Source: Podarcis erhardii (lineage: Eukaryota). From it: a stretch of 64,000 nucleotides of DNA. The notes beneath the pieces were generated by a model that was not told where the DNA came from, made no database searches, and saw nothing but the letters and a program-made list of their open reading frames with translations. This document shows, one piece after another, positions 51,723 through 64,000 of this stretch. The stretch is taken from assembly GCA_964252035.1 (NCBI GenBank), contig OZ176202.1, one strand, 5' to 3'. Within the stretch, counting starts at the first letter, position 1, and every line of letters starts with the position of its first letter. A program made the translations under genes and the position numbers.

Positions 51723-52714
51723 CTAGTGAAAAAGAGAAAGAATGGAAACTACCAGACATTGCTTTACAGAAAGAAGAAATGAATGCTAGTAATATCATGC
51801 TTTGCCAAAAACCCATAAAAATATATAGCTCTAAGTAATGTATTTTGGAAGGCTAATAATAGAGACAGTGTCACTACGACCCCAAACAGCTAAAGCAGTT
51901 GTTAAGATACTGGCCTCGTTTGGCTCCTCATGTTAAACCATAGTTTAACTATGGTGCTCCTGGTCACAACAGGAGCAAAAAAAAATCAAGCTTGTTATGC
52001 TGACTAAGCCCAGGCTTGTGGTTTGTGGTTTGCCAAACAAACACTGCTCATTTGCATTTAATTAAACATTAGCTGTGGCTGAACATGATGTGCAAACACA
52101 GTCATTGAATTTTGGGACAGGTTGAAAACCCACCACTGAAAATAAAAAAAAATGGGTAGTAGACAACTAACCTGTTCTTTCAGCACAAGTATTTATGTTT
52201 ACACAATGGAAATTCCTCTCCTCTCCCCACAAACATCCTGTGCCCTCTATAAATGTGCTCTGGAGGGTTGCGAACCTCTGGAACAGATTTAGGGACTGCT
52301 TGTGTGGGGAGAAGGGAAGGTGTCATTGTGCAAGTGTAAATCCTTGCACTGACAGAACAAGTTAGTTGCATGCTGCCCTCTGTGTGCTGATTTTCAAAAG
52401 CAGGCCCTATTACAGAGGCCCGGGAAGTAGTACAAGACTGCAGACACTGCATTTAATTTTCATTTAGGAAAGAATAATTTTGTTTCAAACTAGTCTAATA
52501 TTGGATCTGGTATACTAAAACCAGTAATGTCTATACAAAAACTGATTTTAGTACCACTGAAAGTGTTTAGAATTGATAAAGCCATGTTATTTGGAAAGAC
52601 AAAAGTTGTTATTTTAATTCAGTCATTCACATCCTAACTCATAGGTATACTAAAATTTTGTTATCTTATCTTTGGGCTAATATTCCTACTTTCCAAGTCT
52701 CCTGTACCACTTAC

Positions 52715-52864
52715 CTTATATTTCTGAAGATAGTCTTGAATAACTTTGTGTCCTACTACATTTTTAAAGTTTTCCTCATCCTCAGAAATGACATTTTCCA
52801 TCAATGAAATCCAACTCATGACTTCCACGATGGCATGACGAGAAGGAAGCTTGTCCATCTGGAG
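52715..52864 (-). CDS. SYNE1: SYNE1 exon (LQMDKLPSRHAI...LQKYK), 150 nt
   Basis: Poly-T tract plus GCAG acceptor, AAG|GTAAGT donor. Confidence 0.96.
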
Positions 52865-54588
52865 CTGCAAGAAAAAAAAAAAAAACATAGTTATGAAACC
52901 CAAATAATAAAATCCATGAAAGAATGGCTCATTCTAGAAATATGCGATAAAACATTATTTTTATTATGTTCCATGACACACGTAGACATGTGTAACAAAT
53001 ATCTAAATTTTTGACAACATTATTTGGCATACTGAAAGAAATAGGATAATCCTGCTTGACAGATTTGTAGTTTAGATAGGTTATCACCTTTTGAATATTT
53101 TGAAACTTGGCAACATCTTTACTGAAATCTGGTGCCTATTACTGAATGCATTATACAAATGAGACTTCGTCAGTTATAATAGTGCTGGGGTTTTTTCCTG
53201 AATATTTTCCTCCTGCAAGCGTACTGAACTTTTCTGCTTCAGGCTGTGATCCAAAGTATATTTATTTGGAAATGTCCTATGGAAATCAATGTAACTTTCT
53301 TACAAGTAAATACGCTAGAATCCTCACAGCATGGGGAGTTCATCAAAGATGTCAGCCAATTTGTGGAGTGGCTTTCATGGCTGAGGATGAAGTAGGATCT
53401 TCTTGCAGGATCCTGGGGGGGCCTGGCCTCTTACACGGCTGGTGAAATCTTGGGGTGGGGCAGTGACTGATTTCAGCAGGTCTTTTCCAAATAAATATGG
53501 TTTGGATCACTGCCTGTGGCAAAAACGTCAGTACACTTCTAGCAACAGAAGATTCAGAAGAAAGGGCACCAACTGACAGACCCAGAGATTTAGTATAAAG
53601 GTCATACTTATTATATAATAGTATGACCTGCAGTCAAGTCAACCAGATTATGAAAGTGATGGCAGGTGAACTCTGGGCAAGACAGGTAGGGGGGCTTCCC
53701 TCTGTTTCTCTGAGCATGTTCACTCTAGCAGGCTCCATTCCCCAAAATTCTTCATCCTTAGCTAGGGGGATGAGGGGGATGATCTTGTCCAACATTCGTC
53801 AAGGCCCCAAAGAGCAACCTATGAAGCTGGTCAGCAATGGAAGTTGTTTGGAAAGTTCTCTTCCCTCAAGGATGCTTCAGGGTACTTATTCTCATTCTTA
53901 AAATCCACTTACCTGCCCGCAATAAATGTCAATCAAACAAAAATAGCAGCAAGTCAAAAAATAAAACCACACCTCTAACAGCCAATTAGAATTCCATAAA
54001 GTATGGAGTAGGCAAAGAAAGGGAGTCCAACATGCTAATCAAATACAACCTCACAAAATTCCCACTCAGCTAAACTGCCCCCCCAAGGGGACTAGCTGCT
54101 TTCTAACCAGATCTCTCCTCCCCCCCCCCAGTGCCAGCACACCAGGGAAAATTTTAGTATCAATGCAGGCATTTAAGGATGGTCAAACCCAAAGCAAAGT
54201 TCCTATAGCAATTGTGGGCTGCTGTTTCTAGCCCAAGTAATCACAAAATCTCCCAGACAGAACCCAGTATGGTTCATGGACCCAACAAGGGATTTGCAAA
54301 CAGTCACATATATTGAGCTGTGCTGAGGGGCAAGGCATGGCAATGAGTTCAACAGAGGCATTTGCCTAGCAGGCTTTATAAGGTAGTGATACTGAATGAA
54401 ACCAGTGTTAATGCATATGCAATTTTGTTGGGGGTATGATTTATATACCTATAAATCCACTTACTGAAACACCACTCTAATAACATCTGGAAGCCTCACG
54501 GATTTGTTAGCCATACTTTCACATAAATGTGCCCTGGATCACTTGCAAACATAATGAATTCAGATGTAACGCTGAGCATCTACCATAC

Positions 54589-54771
54589 CTGATGCAGTTT
54601 TTCTTGCACTATAGGAATCTGTGTGAGTAGCTCTGTCCACTGGTTGTCAATCTGAGACAATCCTGCCCTCAAAGCTGCAGTATCCACTTTCTTCAGTCGC
54701 AGGAGTTGGTTTCCAGTACTCAGAACAGTGGATTTCTGCGATGACTTGGCATCAACTTCTTTAGAAAATTC
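54589..54771 (-). CDS. SYNE1: SYNE1 exon (EFSKEVDAK...EKLHQ), 183 nt
   Basis: TTCCAG acceptor, CAG|GTATGG donor, 61 codons. Confidence 0.96.
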
Positions 54772-55728
54772 CTGGAAAGATTGGCATTTGGTATAACTAG
54801 TTGACATAAACATGCTTAGCAGCAAAAATGTTGCCAATCTGCACTATGTGTGAAAATAACTTTAGATGCATTGTGTCCCAGGTGAACTCATGAATGTCAT
54901 TCAAGGGGGGGGGGAATGGTCACAAGTGAGGATAATGTGGGTTATATATGGCCCATATACTGGATGATGTTTTCCCCAGCTTGCTTGTTACGGAAACCAA
55001 TAAGAAGTTGAAAGGCGTGGGCCCACCACAGCATATCATTAATGCACTTTTCCACAAGGCCCATTATAAGCTGCAGATCCTGCCCAATGCCCTCCCCACT
55101 GCCAAAAAGGGGGAAGTGAAAACCTCACAACCCCCAGACCCATGGTGGTTGTGAGGAAAATTCCTTTCCAGGACTGTTAATCAGCGACCAATTTCTGTCC
55201 ACAGCAAGAACAATTTTAGCACAGTGTGGTGGGTGGAGGAGTCTGCAACGGCAATGCAGAAGTCACAGCCCAGACTTGAACCTACAGTAACTTTTCCCTC
55301 TGGTCCATGCCGTAGGCCCCACCTCCACAAAGTCTACCAAGGTTTTTTGACTGGCTCCCTGGATGAGCCAAGCCAGCATCTAGTGTGGTGGTGCTAAATG
55401 GGGAAGCCAGCCTACTTACAAAGGCTCACCAAACTGGGAGCACCTCAGGGACATGACATGTAATGGCAGCAAGCCAAGAATGATTTTTTTCACTGCAAAA
55501 ACTACAAATGTATAATAAGGTAGTAAGAATTCTACAGCAGTAAGTCTCTTTAGCTTGTGAGGAAGGTAGCAGCTTTGCACAAACAGTCTTTTAACTAGAA
55601 TGTTCTTTGCTTAAGTAGAAAAACTAATCAAAAAAATACATTGTAAAGTGGGATCTTGGTTAGGGTGGTGTTATGATAGCAGGATCTCCCGAAACACACA
55701 GCTGGCAAGGATACTTATTGCATCTTAC

Positions 55729-55861
55729 CAAAAATGCATTCAAGTGATCTCTGACTGATTCCAGTTCTTGAGGGACTGTAACTGATTGCTGGGTCCAGAA
55801 ATCCAGACGATCCATTGCTGACTGGAGCCAATGAATCAGCTCAGCTGACTCACTTTGATAT
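55729..55861 (-). CDS. SYNE1: SYNE1 exon (YQSESAELIHWLQ...NAFL), 133 nt, phase 2/0
   Basis: AATAG acceptor, TTG|GTAAGA donor. Confidence 0.95.
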
Positions 55862-56181
55862 CTATTAGGCAAACAAAGGACAGGCACATTTCACACCTTA
55901 CTTCATACTGTGAACTGGAGAAACATATATGCATTGGTTTTTTTTAAAAAAAAGTTTATAACAAATATTTTACTAGATGGAATTTGAAGAAAACTGTATT
56001 GGAGATAGAGAAAATTTATAATTAATTAAGTCTGCTTTCGCCTGTTCGAAAGATTGATTTCCTAGGCTTTTACAAAGTTTTACACTAAAAAAATAAAAAA
56101 CTTTGAAGGCAAGATTTGATTGCTGGAATGCAAAATGGTAAAGCAGTTAAGTCCACCCTTGTTCAATGTGATTAACACTAC

Positions 56182-56378
56182 CTTGTCCAGTGTTTAAGTA
56201 TAGTTTCCAGTCTATGCAGCTCCTTGGTGACCTTGCTGGTATTATTTAACCATTGCTCCCCTAGTTGGTTTAGCTGAGTTTCCAATTCTGAACAGGTGAC
56301 AGAGAACAGTAGTCTTTTCCCATCATCCAGTATTTGGTAAAGCTTGGGCTGGTATTCAGTAAGGCTTGATTTCAGATG
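56182..56378 (-). CDS. SYNE1: SYNE1 exon (HLKSSLTEYQPK...LKHWT), 197 nt, phase 0/2
   Basis: GACAG acceptor, AAG|GTAGTG donor. Confidence 0.95.
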
Positions 56379-56589
56379 CTGTCATGGCAATGAGAGAAAA
56401 GAGGCATCATCAACAACATCTTTATTCCTTGCCTTTTCCCAGCAGGTCCCACAGTGGGTTATGACAATTGAAAAATCAAAATAGAAATTGATTGTAATCA
56501 AAATTGAAACAGATTGTAATCACAGGAATAGGTTAGGCTCTGAAAACACACATCTGAAGTGTCAAAGGCCAAAGCACAGAGGTGCATCT

Positions 56590-56750
56590 TCAGTATTCAC
56601 AGGAAAACTGTATAGTGAAGAAGCCAGTTGCACCACTGTGGGAAGGCAATTTCACAACTTAGGGGCTACCACAAAGAATGCCCTCTCCTAGGCCACCCCC
56701 ACCCACAAAATTTTGAGACAGGTGGAACTACCAAGAGGACGCCCTCCATT
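56590..56750 (-). mobile_element. L2-clade LINE fragment, reverse strand
   Basis: gggaaggcaatttcacaacttaggggctaccacaaagaatgccctctc. Confidence 0.5.
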
Positions 56751-56934
56751 CCATGTTGATCTTCCCAGCCTCTTACTCCCTCTTCAGATTCTTTATGAAA
56801 CCTAGCAAATACTTCCGTGGTAATTAAATCTTTGGCCTTTTTTACATGTTACTAAAAGATACCAATGAAGCTGAACATTGGGAGATTTAGGAGTAATGGA
56901 AGTAATTATTCACACAGCACACAGTCAAACTATG

Positions 56935-57220
56935 AATCTCACTCCTCCAGGAGGCAGTGATGGCCACCAACGTGGATGGCTTTAAAAGAGGATTAGACAA
57001 ATTCATGGAGGAGAGGGCTTTCAATGGCTACTAGCCAATGGCTAGGGCTCTCTCTCCATGTCTTCCAAATACCAGTTCCTGGAAACCATGGGAAAGGGAA
57101 TTGCCCTTGTGCTCATCTTCTGCTCCCTGGTTTCCCACAGGCATCTGGTTGGCTGCTGTGAAAGCAGGGTGCTGGAGTGAAAGGGCCACTGGCCTAATTC
57201 AGCAGGCTAGTCTTATGTTT
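56935..57220 (+). mobile_element. CR1 LINE 3' end
   Basis: gaggcagtgatggccaccaacgtggatggctttaaaagaggattagacaaattcatggagga..cagcaggctagtcttatgtt. Confidence 0.8.
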
Positions 57221-57334
57221 GCATGTCTTCTGCATATCTATCATTTAATGTAAAAACTAAATTGTCCAGAACGTGCATTTGATTTTAAAGCAATTCTCTT
57301 TCACTCCCTATTCTCCAATAACATAATTTAGATA

Positions 57335-57710
57335 AAACAAAACAAATTCCTTCCAGTAGCACCTTAAAGACCAACTAAGTCAGTTCTTGGTTTTGTCATT
57401 TCTTGGCTTTGTCATTTTCACCTTTTCACCCCTTGCTTTTTCCTGTAAGACCTATTGCAGTCGTTAAGAGTCGTCAACAGGCTCATCACAGCTATCTGCC
57501 AATCACCCATTCCCACCACCCTTCTGAGTAATACCCCTCCCCACCTTCTCACTATATAGAAGGGTCTGGAAACTTCTGTTTCAGTGTATCTGAAGAAGTG
57601 TGCATGCACACGAAAGCTCATACCAAGAACTGACTTAGTTGGTCTTTAAGGTGCTACTGGAAGGAATTTGTTTTGTTTTGACTATGGCAGACCAACACGG
57701 CTACCTATCT
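57335..57710 (+). mobile_element. Penelope-like element pseudo-LTR with inverted 5' segment
   Basis: 57335-57390 is the reverse complement of about 57624-57679; 12-bp TSD ataatttagata (57323-57334, 57711-57722). Confidence 0.85.
57586..57623 (+). ncRNA. Minimal type I hammerhead ribozyme motif (Penelope-associated)
   Basis: Identical 38-nt motif to 3118-3155. Confidence 0.65.
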
Positions 57711-58174
57711 ATAATTTAGATATGCACACAAATGTTATACGAGACTCAAATAATGCACACAGTCTTAGTGTCATGTGTGGTAGTAATCATTGCAACTTGT
57801 GGCTGGAAGACTCACTGGGCTGCATCCTTAGTGGGAATGGGCAGAGGAAGACCCCCACTCCTTGTTGTGTGTGTGTGGGGGGGACTAGTGGGGGGTTACT
57901 GGATGTGGTTCATGCTGCAGGTGGAACATAATACTGGTCATTCCCAACTACGTATCAAATAGCAGACGGGCTAGTTGATCACTGGATGCATGCCCAATGC
58001 CAATGCGAAACCTGCTCTTACATGTAATCAATAAAGTTTTGTCTTAATTTGAACGCAACATAGATTAGAAACCTCAGTCATGCAAACAGCAATCATCTGA
58101 GATAAAGCGATAGATGCTTTGTAATTTTTTTGATAATAAATCAATATTTAAACTGTGGAAACCATCAAAATTAC

Positions 58175-58306
58175 CTGGTAAAGTGCAATCCGATCTGCAA
58201 GCCTCTCCTCAGATTCCTCTACCAGACCCACACTAGGAATGCTAGTTTCAACCGTCTCCAGCTGCCGTGTAAGATCTTGATAATCTTTTTGCAGATGTGT
58301 CCAAGT
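58175..58306 (-). CDS. SYNE1: SYNE1 exon (TWTHLQKD...IALYQ), 132 nt
   Basis: TTATAG acceptor, CAG|GTAA donor, 44 codons. Confidence 0.94.
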
Positions 58307-58732
58307 CTATAAAGGGACATGCACATGTTAAAAGCTGAACCAGTGACTCGGTGATTTCCAAACGCATTATCAAAAGAAAAGTACAATTCTCATTTGGATG
58401 CTAAACCATGGTTTAGTGCAACACCACAGAGACAAATCTTCTCCTGGACTCACTCTCTTCACTTCCTTCCATATGGCTGAGGAAGATTTTGCTTTCCTTC
58501 AACAATTTTACAGCTAACTATGACAAGCACTCATAGACTGCATTTGCATTACTATAACCCAGCTTATTAAGCCCCTTGGCTCCTCTCTTTGCACAAACAT
58601 GGGGGGGGGGGTGATACAACCAGGAAGCTGTTGTTAACCATAGCTTCCTGTTATGTGCAAACTAGGAACTACTGAGTGAAATGCACTTGAAATATCCACA
58701 TTTTAAGGCAAGAAAAAAAAGGAAGTTCTTAC

Positions 58733-58906
58733 CTCTAAAATATATTCTAGCTCCACACCCCTCTTGTGAGCCTGTTTCAACACAGCAGAGGCTTGTGCCA
58801 TCAGATCTCCATGGAACTGAGTTTCCTTCACAAGAGCAAAGCTGCTAATCTTCCTGAAAAGTGTTTCCGTCAGAATTACATGTGACTCCAGTCCCTGGAA
58901 ATATTC
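58733..58906 (-). CDS. SYNE1: SYNE1 exon (EYFQGLESH...EYILE), 174 nt
   Basis: TTTTTCAG acceptor, GAG|GTAAGA donor, 58 codons. Confidence 0.96.
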
Positions 58907-59704
58907 CTGAAAAATGATATACCCCATCCAAGTATTATTACTTGTATCCAGCTAGACTAAACAGTTTGTTCCTGTGCACGTTTACTCAGCTATAAGTACT
59001 ATTGGACTCCATATTACTTACTCCCAGGTAAGTGCATAAAGGACAGCAGCGTATATATATTATTTTTAATAAATTATACTAATGTGATGCAAACTTTAGA
59101 TTTACCTAGATGTTTAAACCATGGGCTGTCCACACAGATCATTTCACACAGATCATAGCCATCATTTCTTTTTAGTGCAACTTCTAGCAGAACAGATGCT
59201 GGTGCAGGATTTGTGCATAATTTTGTATGTGCAGAAATTAATCCTTGCTTTATAAACTAGCATTTTGTATTTATATTATTTCCTTTACAATTATGCTAGT
59301 AATCAATTATAGGTTTCCCATAGACATTTGGTTGGCCACTGTGAGAACTGGATAATGAGCTAGATGAGCCTTCAGCGTGATTCACCAGAGTTCTTCTTGT
59401 GTGCTTATGGTCAGCCTCCTGAAATGCAGGAAAGCCTTTTCAACAGCATCCCTCCAGGTGGTCAATACATTTCGGCTCCTACTATTGCAACAATATAACA
59501 TGGGAATATATAAAGTACCAGAAAACAGAATCTATCATTTTTTACCACTATTTTCAAATTATTCCATGTGTCATTAAATCATAACAGATCTCTTTCCAGA
59601 AAATGAAGAACAGAAAAATTAAAAGCAACTACAACAACAGAATGACACTAATGGAAAAACAAGATATTAGCAATACATTAAATCAAAGAATTACATATTT
59701 TTAC

Positions 59705-59905
59705 CTTGTGCTTGTCCAGAAGAATTTGGACTTCCTCTTTAGAGGAAACTATCATTTTCTGGTCAACTGACATCTTTTCTTTGCCAGTTTCAATTAGGTC
59801 AGCCAAATCCTGCAATGCTTGCTCATACTGACCCTTAAGTGCCAGATTTTGGTTTAGCCCACTGCGCCGGGATCCTATGACCATTATCAACTCATCATAC
59901 ATATC
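59705..59905 (-). CDS. SYNE1: SYNE1 exon (DMYDELIMVIGSRR...LLDKHK), 201 nt
   Basis: GTCAG acceptor, AAG|GTAA donor, 67 codons. Confidence 0.96.
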
Positions 59906-60629
59906 CTGACATAGGAGAAAAGAGCCATAAATGTTCTGCCTTAGAGTCACAGAGAAAACTCATGCAAATATTAAACACTGCAGATCAGGTCAATCCATTT
60001 TGCCAGTGTTGGTGTTTCAATGATTATCTGGGTCAAAAATCTATAAGGAATATATTTCATTTACTGGCACAGCAGTAAGTTAAACTGCAAACCACGCCCC
60101 CTCCAAGCTGCCCGGTTGGGCGCTTACGTGTGGGCGTGGTGTGCCAGCCAGGTGAGTGGGGCAGGGGGGGGTAACGCCCCCTGCGTGACGCAGAAATCGC
60201 GTCCTGCCCACAACACCTCCCCTCTTGGAGGAGGAGAGGCTTTATATTCCATCTTTTACTAGGATTTCAGGGTGGGTTACAAAAATTCTAAAAGTAAAAT
60301 GACAACAAATTAGATTTCTTGGAGACAAAATTAAAAATGCTGTATTTCAGATGTAGTCAATGTGGTGCAACCCCATCATCTCTGAACACTGGTCACCAAG
60401 TTGGGGCTGACCGGAGTTGTAGTCCAACAACATTTGGAGTGCACCATAGTAGCTCTCCTGCCACAGAGGCATCCCTGCCCTCAGTCTCAGTTGTAGATGT
60501 TGTTCTGGGAATTGTGACTGGACTGCACTGGGGAGAGTTGTGTCCTGTTTTTTTCCTGGGTGCCAAATGAGCTTTAAAAAAAACAACCAACCATCAAAAT
60601 TCTGACTGATTTCAACAGTGTGTTCTATA

Positions 60630-60815
60630 TGAAAACCATGGGCAGAGGCCACAGTTCAGTGATAGAGCACTATTTGCATGCAGAATATTATGATTTCATT
60701 TCCTATCACCTCTAGTTAAAACTTATTGGCAGTCATATATGGAAAAGTGCTCTGCCTGAGACTCTTGGGAGTAATTTGCAGTCAGTGTTGGCAATACAAG
60801 GTTAAGTGGCCATTA
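60630..60815 (+). mobile_element. tRNA-derived SINE (Squam3-like), strongly diverged
   Basis: cagttcagtgatagagcac..tttgcatgcagaa..tgcctgagactctt..gcagtcagtgttggcaatac. Confidence 0.5.
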
Positions 60816-61008
60816 TTCCTTGTGTCAGGCGCTCTTTATATTCTACAGCCACTGGCTTTCTGCCATTCAGTGACTGCAAAATATATTTGTTCATTGATGT
60901 AAAGAGACAACTAAACCCTCACAGAATATGCTATCATGTTATTAAGCAGCAGGTAAAGAATTTGAATGATCTGAAACAGAAAATCAGAAGATGTTGAAAA
61001 ATGGAATC

Positions 61009-61242
61009 CATGGGCTCCAACTCTGTGGGGCTTAGGTGTCTTCAGCCCCTCCCTCCCAAGTCTGTTGGGATGGGGCTGAGCCCCCACAGTCTTGAAGGGC
61101 TGGGCCTCACAAAGGTGGCAGACCATGGCAGGCCTTGTGGCGGCGGGCCTCACAGCAGTGGCTTCCTCCCAACGCGCATCACGTGTGATGTCACATGTGA
61201 GCGATGCCCCCTCCCAATGTTGGGCGCAACTCGGCACCTCTG
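61009..61242. mobile_element. hAT-like non-autonomous element
   Basis: Imperfect TIRs catgggctccaact / aactcggcacctctg; degenerate 8-bp TSD atggaatc/ctgggatc. Confidence 0.55.
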
Positions 61243-61379
61243 CTGGGATCATATGTATATATCCTATGATTTATGTTAATATTACCTATAAATAATAATT
61301 ACTTGTTACTTACAAATAATGTAGTACTAACCATTTTTCAAGAACAATGTTACAAAGTTCTTAATAATAGGTTATGTAC

Positions 61380-61499
61380 CTGAAGTTTTGTTAGCTCCTG
61401 CATGGAAGATTGGTCAATCTGCAGTTTATCCCCACGTTTCTTTAACTCACTGATTGCTGCATCTAATTCTTTCAGTCCATCTTCTGCTTGTTGAATAGC
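61380..61499 (-). CDS. SYNE1: SYNE1 exon (AIQQAEDGLKE...TKLQ), 120 nt
   Basis: TATAG acceptor, CAG|GTACAT donor, 40 codons. Confidence 0.94.
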
Positions 61500-61674
61500 C
61501 TATATAAGAAAGAATTATAACACTGAACCTCCAGTGTCACAACAACAGTGATGCATGATGTCAGAGACAGCAACTCTACAAATATGTTAAGGCTGTCCAG
61601 CAAGGTTTTTAACTTTTAGGTTAGATAATATATATTTCCCCTCTCCATGGTTAGTAACAGAAAGAGGGCAGTAC

Positions 61675-61776
61675 CTGCATTTGTTCTGTTTCAGGGTGTT
61701 CGATTGCTTCAGCTAGTTTCTGCAGGGCTATATACTTGTTATCAGCCAGTGATGTGAACATCAGTTTCAGGTCATT
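61675..61776 (-). CDS. SYNE1: SYNE1 exon (NDLKLMFTSLADNKY...EQMQ), 102 nt
   Basis: ACAG acceptor, CAG|GTAC donor, 34 codons. Confidence 0.93.
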
Positions 61777-62084
61777 CTGTCAGTGAAGAAAATTTTATGT
61801 GAGATTTTCAAAATGGTAGAATGTTAGCCAGTGCTTTTTTTCTAAAAAAAAATGTTTAGGGGTACTCTCTACTCATATTGAAATACTGCACCTCAATAAG
61901 GACAAACTCAGATTCACAAAAAAAATTAGGGGTATGTGTACCCCTGCATCCCCCCCCCCCAAAAAGCACTGGTGTTAGCCATAATTTGGAGCAATCCAAT
62001 GTCAGTCTCCTTCATTTGTGATGTGAGTCAGTTAGCTTGCAGCCTCTACTACTCATAGTAACTAGAGGGCTTCTAGTTCTACAT

Positions 62085-62319
62085 CAGGGATCAGCAAATT
62101 CTTTCAGCAGGAGGCACTGTCCCTCAGACCTTGTGGGGGGGGGCAGACTATATTTTGAAGGGGGGAAAATGAAGAAATTCCTATGCCCCCAAAATAACCC
62201 AGAGATGCATTTTAAATAAAAGGACACATTCTACTCATGTAAAAACACACTGATTCCCAGACCGTCCGCGGGCCGAATAGGTCGGATACGGCCCCCAAGC
62301 CTTAGTTTGCCTATCTATG
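62085..62319. mobile_element. hAT non-autonomous element
   Basis: Imperfect TIRs cagggatcagcaaa / tttgcctatctatg; perfect 8-bp TSD ttctacat. Confidence 0.82.
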
Positions 62320-62763
62320 TTCTACATTGTTCAAATACACTGATGCTACAGTTGAGAAATGGGTTATCACATGAGCAGTCACAGAATCACAGAACTGTAG
62401 AGTTGGAAGCGACCACAAAGGTCATTTATTCCAACCTAACCCTCTGCAATGCTGGACTCTTTCCCCCAACTTGGCCTTTATCCTCAACCAGCAATGTTTT
62501 TCTCTCACTCTCTTTCCTTCCTTTGTTTGTTTATTGAACACTGATCATGATAAATGATGCCCGTTTTATCTATTTTATTATTCAGTATTTGTTGACATAT
62601 GTGCTGATTGCATACTCTCAAAATCATTTTTATATATCTTATATGCATTTAGTCCAAAGAAAAGTTCTCCGGAACTCAAAAGCTAACTCACTGCTTTGTG
62701 ATCTTTTGTTGTTCCTATGATGTTCCTGTTCAGAAAAAATTAAGAAGTTAAGGGAAACTTTAC

Positions 62764-62973
62764 CTGAAAACTCAGAATATGCTGAAGTCTCTCTTTCATC
62801 TGATGACATCTTTGGTTTACCAGTGTCTCCATTAATATTAGTCTCCTTAGCAAACAATCCAAAGTGTCTTCTATAACATCTCGATTGTCAGCATTGTCAG
62901 GAAATATGTTAGAAAACAAATTCTTGTTCTTATCCATTTTTTCTGTCATCTCCTTGATATCTTTAGCCAGAGC
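62764..62973 (-). CDS. SYNE1: SYNE1 exon (ALAKDIKEM...HILSFQ), 210 nt, phase 0/0
   Basis: TTCAG acceptor, CAG|GTAAAG donor, 70 codons. Confidence 0.95.
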
Positions 62974-64000
62974 CTGAATAAAACCAAACAACACTTGGAA
63001 ATATACTCTCCCAAATATTAGACCAATCATTATGAAGATGATGATGAAAGAGAGAATATAATACCAAACTATTATATTCCTATTTCTTCAAAACTTGTTC
63101 TATGATAGGTTAAGATCATATAAGCAAAATGTAGGTATCTTCATTCAGAACACAGTTAACCAGATCCAGTCAGGCTGTACTCTAATGCACACTTATCTGG
63201 GAGCGAATCCTGTTGAAAATAGTGGACTTACTTCTGAATAATCATGCTTATAATTGCACTTAATGTGCAGGCAGGAACACCACTGCATATGCAGATTCCA
63301 TTTATGTACAAAAGTCTCACTATTCATATTAGTGAAAGAATCCCTACACAGATTGCTTCACCCAAGATACATATGTAGAGTTCTGTATAAATGCTCCGTG
63401 TATTCTCCTTTCCAAGCTGTCTGTTGATTTCTCAAATATTACAGCATATGCCTAGAATAAATATACAACAACAGAATTTTTCTGATAATGAAAATCCTCT
63501 CAGTCTTATTGAGCACCTACTGAGTCAATGGCAGTGACTGCTCCCCACTTAAAACGGGGGGCGCCTTTTGCGTGGACGCGTGCAGCCCTGGATCTGGAGT
63601 GGCCCCATCAGCATAGGCTTTGCCTTCCCTCAGGTGGGATACCTGGAGGTCCCCGCCTACCCCAGTGAGTTGTCCAATCCCACCTGGGGGAAGCGTTACC
63701 AGGGAAACCAGGCCAGGTAAGGGAAGGGATTACCTGCCCACACAATAGAGGGTGGATCTTAATTGGTAATCCTCACTGCACAATTAATGGCTTAAAATAC
63801 AGCTAGATCATTCTATTTCTCAATTTGGACCATAGCTGCTTTGGGGGGAAATGGATAAAAATGCAGTATTTCAGAAGAAACAACAGAAGAGATACAGGAT
63901 TGATATGGATTGTGGCTAATGTCATGTGTACACCACTTCCCAAACCAGCAGAGGGAGTGCACTGGATGCAGAATAAACGGGAATGTAGCCTAAAGTAGGA

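Larger units (their letters stand above)
446..62973 (-). other. SYNE1: SYNE1 (nesprin-1) gene, partial: 37 coding exons of the C-terminal spectrin-repeat region; gene extends beyond both window ends
   Basis: Exon translations match recalled human nesprin-1 in order (e.g. DMYDEL..GSRRSGLNQNL, KKLKETLVAVQQLDKNM, SERSGRDTPASVDSIPLEWDHDYDLSRDLE); exon lengths and phases are mutually consistent. Confidence 0.98.

Overview
Vertebrate genomic DNA, most likely a lacertid lizard (inferred from Sauria-type and related squamate SINEs and BovB). The whole window lies inside one minus-strand gene, SYNE1 (nesprin-1), covering the C-terminal spectrin-repeat region. I delimited 37 coding exons (62973 down to 446) whose splice phases join into one continuous reading frame; the 5' exons and the KASH-encoding 3' exons lie outside the window. 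The region includes the LEWD kinesin-binding motif, the 69-nt DV23 cassette exon, one GC-AG intron and, inside the 10.8-kb intron, the orthologue of the muscle nesprin-1alpha2 alternative first exon (apparent GC donor). A second, unrecognised exon candidate (21831-21900) lies in the same intron. Introns hold many squamate transposon relics: SINEs, BovB, CR1, L2, hAT and Tc1/mariner MITEs, and two Penelope-like insertions that each keep an intact minimal hammerhead-ribozyme motif. A 78-nt BovB tail inserted at an exon/intron boundary has duplicated a splice donor. No prokaryotic-type systems, CRISPR arrays or true tRNA/rRNA genes were seen. Comparisons with human nesprin-1 and repeat families are from recalled sequence, not database searches.
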